Origin: Opitutales bacterium | GTDB taxonomy: Bacteria > Verrucomicrobiota > Verrucomicrobiia > Opitutales > Coraliomargaritaceae | DNA length: 32,000 nucleotides | Assembly (NCBI GenBank): GCA_049606355.1 | Contig: JBMYVL010000003.1 | Coordinates: forward strand, 120,001-152,000 | Direction: 5' to 3' | Shown here: positions 25,899-32,000 of the stretch, in pieces | Layout of the letters: each line of letters opens with the position of its first letter | Position numbering within the stretch: position 1 is the first letter of the stretch | Program-made: the position numbers and the translations under genes | Notes under the pieces: model-generated | What the model saw: the letters and a program-made list of their open reading frames with translations, nothing else | Told to the model about the DNA's origin: nothing | The model's database searches: none

Positions 25899-28163
25899 CT
25901 AACTCATGTGCATCGCATCGACGTCGAGTTGATCGATGATCTCGCGGTCCATTTTAAACTCTTCGCGCAAGGCCACCAGCGGCTCAATAATCGCCTGGGC
26001 ATTCGGCGTAAAGTACCACAACTGGTAGCGATATTCGTCACGAATCTTGGCAATCGGTGCAGGCGCCGGACCCCGCACAACCATACGCGCTCCAAAATGT
26101 CGGCTGACTTGCTGTGCCCACTGTTCAATATAAAACTCCACCTTCTCGGGGTTGCGTCCACGAAAGAGGTGGCGGATCAAATGCTGAAACGGCGGATAAT
26201 TGAATTCGCGGCGCTGTTCCAATTCTTCTAGCTGAAATCCGTCAAAATCAGACTTGCGGGCAAATTGTATCGGCGGCGCGTGCGGCGTGCTGGTTTGAAT
26301 CACGACCTCGCCGGCTCGATCGCCCCGTCCGGAGCGCCCCGAAACTTGCACGATAAGCTGAAAGGTCCGTTCAGCTGCACGAAAATCCTCCACATGGAGT
26401 GACATATCTGCGTCTACCAAACCGACCAAGGTCACATTGGGAAAATCCAAACCCTTGGCGATCATCTGCGTGCCCACGAGGATATCGATCTTACCAATAC
26501 GAAAATCGTTTAAGATCTTTCGATACAGATTCTTCTTCGACATGGAGTCCGCATCCATCCGAACAATACGTGCCCGTGGCAAAATCTTCTGCACCACATC
26601 CTCGATTTTTTGCGTGCCTTGCCCGCGATAGCGAATCTCAGGGGCTTTACATTTTGGGCAATGATGCGGCGCGCGCGCCTCAACGCCGCAAAGATGGCAA
26701 CGGATCGTCTTATCCGTGCGATGATAGGTCATCGGAATGCTGCAATGCTCGCACTCGGCCACATAGCCACAATCCGGACAAAGCAGACTGGTTGAAAACC
26801 CCCGACGATTCAAAAAGAGAATACTTTGCTCCTTTTTCTCAAAACGATCGACCAACAGATCCGCCAATGCTGAGGAAATCGGCGAGCCCTTGCGACGCCC
26901 CGTCAATCCTTCGCGGCGCATATCCACCAAATGAATACGCGGCAACTGGCGATCATCTACTCGGCTTAAGATACGGTCGACGGCGTATTTACCACGCTCA
27001 ACATTGTAAAGGGTTTCGAGTGACGGCGTTGCCGACCCGACGATACAAACTGCTCCCGTCAGATGAGCCCGATAAACGGCGACATCGCGGCCATGATAAC
27101 GCGGGTTATCATCCTGTTTGTAGGAGGGTTCATGCTCCTCATCAACAATCATGAGCTTAAGGTTTTGCACGGGGGCGAACACCGCGGAGCGAGCGCCAAC
27201 GACGACATGGGCCTCACCACTGGCCAGCGCCTTCCACGCATCGTAGCGCTCCCCATCGGTAAGATGACTGTGCCAAACCACCGTACGCACGCCACGTGCC
27301 TCCAGGCGCGCACGTACCCGCCCGACAGTCTGCGGGGCCAGAGCCACCTCTGGCACCAAAACGATCACCCCACCGCCATTCGCGACCACTTTCTCAACAG
27401 CGTGTAAATAGACCTCGGTCTTTCCCGAACCCGTCACCCCGTGCAATAAACGCACGGCAAATTGATCTGCGGCAATGGCGGCATGAAGATTTGCAACCGC
27501 TTGTGCTTGCTCCGCGGTCAAGGTCGGTCGCGCATCCCCTGCGATCGTCTCGACCGTACTGAGGTCATCATCATAGGCTTCGCGCGCTTCCTCGGTATCG
27601 GCCTCGAGCAAATACCCTTTCTGGACCAGTGCCTCGCACGCCGATGCACTGATGCCCATACGCTTGAGCAGCGCTGCCCGCGGCTGGGCTCGGAGTTGCT
27701 GCTGCACGAAACGCAAGAGTTCCGCCTGCTTGGGCGCGCGCCGCTCCAATGCAGCCCATTCTTTCGCAGTTGGTCGCTGCCCCATCGCCACGTAACGGCG
27801 CGTTTTCGGCTTCATGCCGCGCCGAATCGCCGTTGGAATCATCGCTTCAAGCATCGCCTCTGGAGAAGTGGCATAATACCGCTGCGCCCACCGATATAGA
27901 TCCAGTAAGTCAGGAGTTAGTACCGGATAGTCCTGCACCACCTCATATAACATTTTTAACTTTCCCGGAGGAATCACCTGCGAACTACCCAGTTGTGTGA
28001 CCACGCCCAACTCGCTGCGCCGTCGCAACGGGATGCGCACCAGCGAGCCCAGCTGTAGGACTCCATCGCAAGTCGGTGGTACTGCATAGGCCAAGGCTTT
28101 ATTAAAGCCCGACAGCGGAATCACCTCGACAAGGCTTGCAGGACTCGAATTCACGTTTGGCAT
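25899..28163 (-). CDS. priA: Primosomal replication-restart helicase PriA
   Basis: Walker [16 protein letters not shown] box ([11 protein letters not shown]) and a Cys-rich zinc-binding insert ([13 protein letters not shown]...CHLCG...CPKC). The ATG at 28163 lies 16 nt after the TPR gene stop and is preceded by AAGGA. The track start at 28229 would overlap the upstream gene by 50 nt. Confidence 0.9.
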   Translation of the reverse strand: MPNVNSSPASLVEVIPLSGFNKALAYAVPPTCDGVLQLGSLVRIPLRRRSELGVVTQLGSSQVIPPGKLKMLYEVVQDYPVLTPDLLDLYRWAQRYYATSPEAMLEAMIPTAIRRGMKPKTRRYVAMGQRPTAKEWAALERRAPKQAELLRFVQQQLRAQPRAALLKRMGISASACEALVQKGYLLEADTEEAREAYDDDLSTVETIAGDARPTLTAEQAQAVANLHAAIAADQFAVRLLHGVTGSGKTEVYLHAVEKVVANGGGVIVLVPEVALAPQTVGRVRARLEARGVRTVVWHSHLTDGERYDAWKALASGEAHVVVGARSAVFAPVQNLKLMIVDEEHEPSYKQDDNPRYHGRDVAVYRAHLTGAVCIVGSATPSLETLYNVERGKYAVDRILSRVDDRQLPRIHLVDMRREGLTGRRKGSPISSALADLLVDRFEKKEQSILFLNRRGFSTSLLCPDCGYVAECEHCSIPMTYHRTDKTIRCHLCGVEARAPHHCPKCKAPEIRYRGQGTQKIEDVVQKILPRARIVRMDADSMSKKNLYRKILNDFRIGKIDILVGTQMIAKGLDFPNVTLVGLVDADMSLHVEDFRAAERTFQLIVQVSGRSGRGDRAGEVVIQTSTPHAPPIQFARKSDFDGFQLEELEQRREFNYPPFQHLIRHLFRGRNPEKVEFYIEQWAQQVSRHFGARMVVRGPAPAPIAKIRDEYRYQLWYFTPNAQAIIEPLVALREEFKMDREIIDQLDVDAMHMS

Positions 28164-28179
28164 CCGTCCTTGCCCACCG

Positions 28180-28539
28180 TTAGCCAACCTCCAAATCACG
28201 CAACAGCGTGTTAAACGCAGGGTACTCATGGAGTTGGCTCAAATCAGGATCATTGCGCATCCAGTAAAGGTCTTTGTAACCAAATGAAACCGCAGTGCGC
28301 AAGGAACGTACGGCATCTGCCAAACGCCCCTTCAGCGCCAAACTACAGGCCAAATTGTAATGTACGGTCGGATCTTCGGGTAGCAGGCGTGCCAATTTAC
28401 GATCCATTTTCAATCCACTGTCGACGCGCCCCGATTCCGTGTAGAGATGCGCTAAAATCGCAGCAACTTTGGTATCCTTCGGCATCCGCTGATGCAGGCC
28501 CTCAAAAAAACCCATCTCAAACTCGTACTTGTTTGCCAT
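28180..28539 (-). CDS. Small TPR-repeat protein (119 aa)
   Basis: The internal ATG at 28539 (cat 28537-28539) lies 2 nt after the Fur-like stop (TGAGGATG). The TPR-like sequence is [55 protein letters not shown]. Confidence 0.6.
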   Translation of the reverse strand: MANKYEFEMGFFEGLHQRMPKDTKVAAILAHLYTESGRVDSGLKMDRKLARLLPEDPTVHYNLACSLALKGRLADAVRSLRTAVSFGYKDLYWMRNDPDLSQLHEYPAFNTLLRDLEVG

Positions 28540-28541
28540 CC

Positions 28542-29033
28542 TCAATTCTCCACTGCGCTCGGGCCATCGCTGCAGCCACAAGATGCAGGATCCCCCTGAC
28601 AGCGCGCAGTCACTTGCAGCCGCTGGCTGACCACTTCCAAACCTAATTTTTCCGCGACGGTCTTGCCGTACCACTCCATAAAGGGCGCATCGATCTCAAA
28701 AATTTTGTCACAGTCGGCGCAAATCACCTGCGCTTGGAATGTCGTGACATTTTTATTGGCCATGTAAAACTTGTAATCCCGCCCGACATCCACTTCTCGA
28801 ATCAAGCTACTCTGAGTCAGTATCGGCAGGGCGCGATAAACCGTAGCTCTGGAGACGGAATCATCGATCTGGCGTGCACTCTCGAGCAAATCTTCCGCAG
28901 TAAAGTGATCCGAATGCTGGTAGGCCGCATCAAAGATGGCCAAGCGCTGGCTCGTCACCCGTAAACCCTTGCTGTTTAAGAACTCCTTAAAGGTATCGCG
29001 CGCATCGCTCCCATCTGTCTGATTCCGCTCCAT
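28542..29033 (-). CDS. Fur-family transcriptional regulator (divergent; lacks the canonical His-rich sensing residues)
   Basis: A winged-helix region ([50 protein letters not shown]) is followed by [11 protein letters not shown] (CxxC) and a C-terminal Cys cluster ([12 protein letters not shown]). The track start at 29081 is GTG. The ATG at 29033 gives a normal 163-aa length. Confidence 0.8.
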   Translation of the reverse strand: MERNQTDGSDARDTFKEFLNSKGLRVTSQRLAIFDAAYQHSDHFTAEDLLESARQIDDSVSRATVYRALPILTQSSLIREVDVGRDYKFYMANKNVTTFQAQVICADCDKIFEIDAPFMEWYGKTVAEKLGLEVVSQRLQVTARCQGDPASCGCSDGPSAVEN

Positions 29034-29039
29034 GGTCTT

Positions 29040-29059
29040 ATTGAGACAGAATTGAGACA
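29040..29059. repeat. Tandem direct repeat ATTGAGACA-GA-ATTGAGACA (11-bp period) 6 nt upstream of the Fur-like ATG
   Basis: Exact 9-mers lie at 29040-29048 and 29051-29059. On the minus strand the region reads TGTCTCAAT-TC-TGTCTCAAT-AAGACC-ATG. Confidence 0.7.
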
Positions 29060-29166
29060 AAGCCTTCGCCTTGGCAAGCACCCAATCGATTCAGTCCAGC
29101 ACAGCAAAAAGAGCGAAAAACTGCTTGATTTCGCTGCACAGACTGCTTTGATCCAGCGCTTTTCCA

Positions 29167-29481
29167 ATGAAAGCGACTATCAAAACCCAAGGCCGTCAAT
29201 TCACCGTTACTGAAGGCGACATCCTCAAAGTGAACTCGTATCCGAATACGGAAGCGGGCGACTCCGTCGAACTGAATGAGGTCCTCATGATCGGCGAAGG
29301 TGCGGACGCACGTTTCGGCACGCCGCTCGTTGAAGGCGCGTCTGTCAAGGCGACCATTCTCGAGAATAAAAAGGACAACAAGATCGTTGTTTTCAAAAAG
29401 AAGCGTCGCCAAGGCTACAAGCGCCGTCGCGGCCATCGCCAACACCTTTCCGTGATCAAGATTGAATCGATCCACGGCTAA
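29167..29481 (+). CDS. rplU: 50S ribosomal protein L21
   Basis: 104 aa. [22 protein letters not shown]...[26 protein letters not shown] is a typical L21 sequence. It is followed by rpmA. Confidence 0.95.
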   Translation: MKATIKTQGRQFTVTEGDILKVNSYPNTEAGDSVELNEVLMIGEGADARFGTPLVEGASVKATILENKKDNKIVVFKKKRRQGYKRRRGHRQHLSVIKIESIHG

Positions 29482-29509
29482 TCGAATCTAACCAAGGAGA
29501 ACACTCACC

Positions 29510-29770
29510 ATGTCACACAAAAAAGGACAAGGAACTTCCAAGAACGGTCGCGACAGTCACTCACAGCGTCTCGGCATCAAGAAATTTGGCGGCGAAGCCG
29601 TGATTGCTGGCAACATCATCCTGCGTCAGCGCGGAACACGCTTCCACCCCGGTGCCAATGTCGGTATGGGCCGCGACCACACCCTGTTCGCACTGAAGGA
29701 CGGAAAAGTCGCGTTCGACAAGGCCCACCGCAAGATCAACGTGGTGGAGGAAGTCGCAGTAAGTGCCTAA
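29510..29770 (+). CDS. rpmA: 50S ribosomal protein L27
   Basis: 86 aa. [28 protein letters not shown]...[12 protein letters not shown] is the L27 signature. AAGGAG lies at 29494-29499, upstream of the ATG. Confidence 0.95.
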   Translation: MSHKKGQGTSKNGRDSHSQRLGIKKFGGEAVIAGNIILRQRGTRFHPGANVGMGRDHTLFALKDGKVAFDKAHRKINVVEEVAVSA

Positions 29771-29796
29771 GCACAACGCGGTATCTCTTTAATACT

Positions 29797-29826
29797 ATCC
29801 CGCTTCGGTTGAAGCGGGATTTTTTG
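29797..29826 (+). terminator. Rho-independent terminator of rplU-rpmA
   Basis: A perfect 10-bp stem, ATCCCGCTTC (29797-29806) pairing with GAAGCGGGAT (29811-29820), with loop GGTT. It is followed by TTTTT (29821-29825). It lies 27 nt after the rpmA stop. Confidence 0.8.
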
Positions 29827-29868
29827 TGCCCACACAGCGCGCGGCAGCTTGAAGCCTTGTGTTACCGC

Positions 29869-30936
29869 TTAGCGAGCCGGCTGATAATCCGTCCAGCGTA
29901 CGCGCTTGGATTCTGCAGCAAGAGAATCGGATACCATTTCGGTAAAGGTCATATAGCGCAGCCCTTGGGCAAACGAGGTCAGCGTAACAGGAGTACCACT
30001 GCGAATCGAGCGAACAAAATCGGCCTCGACCTGCCAGCCAACACTTTGCTCGCGAGACAGGGTTATTTTGCGCTCCTCCGTAGCTCCAGCGGCCGCGAAA
30101 AATAATTGCTTCTGGATCGCGTCAAAACGAAGCGCGCCCTGTGAGCCATTGATCCGAAACTCCATGCGCGGCTTGCCTGACTCGACGCCACTGAAGTGAT
30201 AGACTAGACGTGCCGCCGACTTTGCCCAACGCCCGAACACACTCAAACTGTCGGGGAGCTCAACCGGCAGTAACTGCGGGTCATCGGCATAGGCACGGCT
30301 GGGCTGAAAAATCGCGCCGTCGGCGAGCAGCCATGCGGGCTCGTCTTCGACCCAGCGCTGCACCGTCTCGTGCATAATCCCCATCGTCAAAATATTCTTA
30401 CCGCTGAGCGTACGGTCTTGGCGCCAAGTCATCGGTGCATCCGGATCTGCGAGGTGCCCGCCGGTGTGGACCACACGTACTTCGAGCAAGCGTCCGATAT
30501 GACCGTCGGCTAGCATGGCACGAATTGTCGCATCAAAATCCAACGAAAAGGGAGCCGGTACCAACTGAGCAATCTGCTTGGGGTGCGCGCGCGCCGCCGC
30601 ATACATCCGCTGCGCTTCGTCGAGATCACTTGCCATGCGTGCCTCACAGAGCACGTGCTTACCCGCCTGCAAGGCAGCAATCGTGGCTTCCGCATGTAAA
30701 TAAGGCCACGTACCAATACAGACCGCGTCGATCGTGGGGTCCGCTACGATCGCACGCCAATCCTCCGCAACTGCGGTAATGCCGTATTGGGATGCGACCG
30801 CTTGCGACGAGGCCGGAGTTCGATTGGCAACCAAGGCCAACTCCACGTTCTCCAATTTTTGGAAGCCTGGCAGATGCATTTGGCGGGTATTGGCCCCCGC
30901 GCCGATCAATCCCACACGTAATTTAGGCTGCGTCAT
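29869..30936 (-). CDS. Gfo/Idh/MocA-family NAD(P)-dependent oxidoreductase
   Basis: N-terminal Rossmann motif [20 protein letters not shown]. Also [31 protein letters not shown], the family-typical helix-strand segment. The ATG at 30934-30936 abuts the lolD stop (TAAATG). Confidence 0.8.
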   Translation of the reverse strand: MTQPKLRVGLIGAGANTRQMHLPGFQKLENVELALVANRTPASSQAVASQYGITAVAEDWRAIVADPTIDAVCIGTWPYLHAEATIAALQAGKHVLCEARMASDLDEAQRMYAAARAHPKQIAQLVPAPFSLDFDATIRAMLADGHIGRLLEVRVVHTGGHLADPDAPMTWRQDRTLSGKNILTMGIMHETVQRWVEDEPAWLLADGAIFQPSRAYADDPQLLPVELPDSLSVFGRWAKSAARLVYHFSGVESGKPRMEFRINGSQGALRFDAIQKQLFFAAAGATEERKITLSREQSVGWQVEADFVRSIRSGTPVTLTSFAQGLRYMTFTEMVSDSLAAESKRVRWTDYQPAR

Positions 30937-31638
30937 TTAGGTCGAACGTAGGCAGCCTAAGTGCAAGGTCAACTGGCGTTGTGTACACGCGGCAAATTCA
31001 GGATTATGCGTGACCAGAATGAGACTTTTGTCCGCTTCGTTCACCAGTTCTAAAAGGAGCCCCATCACCGCTTCTCCCGTCGCTTCATCCAAATTGCCGG
31101 TTGGCTCATCCGCCATGATGAGCGGCGGATCATTGATGAGCGCTCGGGCCACCGCCACGCGCTGGCGTTCGCCACCGGAAAGTTTGGTCGCATTGTGCTG
31201 CAGGCGATGCCCCATGCCGACGCGCTTCAGCAAATCAATCGCCCGCCCCCGCACTGACGCAGTTACCGCCCCGGCAATGCGGGCGCTCAGTAGTACATTT
31301 TCCAACGCAGTGAGCTCGGGCGCCAGATAGTAGGCCTGAAAAACAAAACCAATATAATGTGTGCGCAGGCGAGCCAAGGACCCTAAGGAGCGGCCTGCGA
31401 CGCCCTCCCCCTGCCACTGCAGCTCTCCGGCATCCGCAACTTCTAAGCCGGAAAGAACATTCAGTAAGGTGGATTTCCCACTGCCGGACTCCCCGCGTAT
31501 GCTCACGCTTTCGCCGCTGTTTAAATTGAAATCGACACCCTTGAGCACCGGGATACGACCCTCTGGCGCCGGAAAGGTCTTAACGAGGCCACGCGCGGCG
31601 AGTAAGGGCTGAGTCGAATTATTCACTGCGGAGGGCAT
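30937..31638 (-). CDS. lolD: ABC transporter ATP-binding protein, LolD-like
   Basis: Walker [10 protein letters not shown], signature [15 protein letters not shown], Walker [13 protein letters not shown] and H-loop LVTHN. It is paired with an FtsX/LolC-type permease, which it overlaps by 20 nt. Confidence 0.75.
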   Translation of the reverse strand: MPSAVNNSTQPLLAARGLVKTFPAPEGRIPVLKGVDFNLNSGESVSIRGESGSGKSTLLNVLSGLEVADAGELQWQGEGVAGRSLGSLARLRTHYIGFVFQAYYLAPELTALENVLLSARIAGAVTASVRGRAIDLLKRVGMGHRLQHNATKLSGGERQRVAVARALINDPPLIMADEPTGNLDEATGEAVMGLLLELVNEADKSLILVTHNPEFAACTQRQLTLHLGCLRST

Positions 31639-32000
31639 CGGCGGGGTTGAGTAAAGCGGCGCGCAGCGCAGGTACGAGGCCGGCTAAGGTTGAGATCATC
31701 ACAGCAAAACAAGTCACGGTAATAAAATCCTTGGTCAAATAATGAACCGGCAGCGCGTAGACATCATAGATGCCGAGGAAGTTCAGTTGGTTGCCGGTCA
31801 GTCGCGCATACAGCCCGAGAATCGGCACCCGATAGTGAAGCGCGAGGAGCGCCATACCAATCCCGGACGCAGTGCCGAGCACCCCGATGATCAGGCCTTG
31901 CAGGCAAAAACTCAGCGCGATCTGCCGCGGGCGAGCCCCCATGGCAATCAATAGGCCAATTTCTCGAGTCTTGCGAATGACGGCCATCATCAGCGCGATC
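31619..32000 (-). CDS. FtsX-domain permease, LolC/LolE-like, C-terminal part only; the 5' end lies beyond the window end
   Basis: The frame is open to nt 32000. The C-terminal sequence is [28 protein letters not shown]...[19 protein letters not shown]. It resembles the LolC C-terminus (..QPAEALRYE) and the FtsX fold. Confidence 0.75.
   Translation of the reverse strand, partial: IALMMAVIRKTREIGLLIAMGARPRQIALSFCLQGLIIGVLGTASGIGMALLALHYRVPILGLYARLTGNQLNFLGIYDVYALPVHYLTKDFITVTCFAVMISTLAGLVPALRAALLNPADALRSE

Noticed and set aside
26399-27154. 251-aa plus-strand ORF, and other plus-strand ORFs up to 28000
   Set aside because: They are antisense to priA, which has Walker A, DEEH and zinc-finger motifs in the minus frame. 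The antisense products are Arg/Pro-rich shadow ORFs.
29038-29475. 145-aa minus-strand ORF
   Set aside because: It is antisense to rplU, a clear L21. It also spans the fur-like/rplU promoter region.
1-32000. Scan for CRISPR arrays, IS or transposase genes, integrases, tRNA/rRNA genes, toxin-antitoxin pairs and recognisable defence genes
   Set aside because: Reading both strands, I found no repeat-spacer periodicity, terminal inverted repeats, recombinase motifs or cloverleaf-like intergenic sequences. All intergenic gaps are under ~330 nt and are accounted for above.

Overview
This is a gene-dense chromosomal segment. All product calls come from motif recognition by eye; no BLAST or HMM search was run. 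I found no rRNA, tRNA, CRISPR array or IS element.

Gene content, in window order:
- nt 1-17661, minus strand: a complete division/cell-wall (dcw) cluster. The order is mraZ, orf78, rsmH, ftsL-like, orf62, ftsI, murE, murF, mraY, murD, a LysM protein, ftsW, murG, a murC-murB fusion, ddl, ftsQ and ftsA. ftsA runs off the window start.
- A GTGGG-type MraZ operator lies just upstream of mraZ.
- 17984-20086 (+): an octaheme c-type cytochrome lipoprotein fused to a HEAT/TPR domain.
- 20111-23500 (-): a translationally coupled operon of five prepilin-type (pseudopilin) genes, with no secretin, ATPase, platform protein or peptidase nearby.
- Housekeeping genes follow: xseB-dxs (+); a Fur-like regulator, a small TPR protein and priA (-); rplU-rpmA (+) with a clear intrinsic terminator; and a Gfo/Idh/MocA oxidoreductase, lolD and a partial lolC/E-like permease (-).

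The supplied ORF track translates TTG and GTG starts as M. I re-derived several starts from the nucleotides, and many junctions are ATGA or TGATG overlaps.

The content fits a PVC/Verrucomicrobia-like genome: a murC-murB fusion, many prepilin-like genes and weak Shine-Dalgarno usage. This placement is inference only.

The best candidate for something undescribed is the orphan pseudopilin cassette beside the multiheme cytochrome. Secondary leads are two gap-filling small ORFs and a LysM protein inside the dcw operon, and a Fur-family protein that lacks the canonical His-rich sensing residues and is coupled to TPR-priA.
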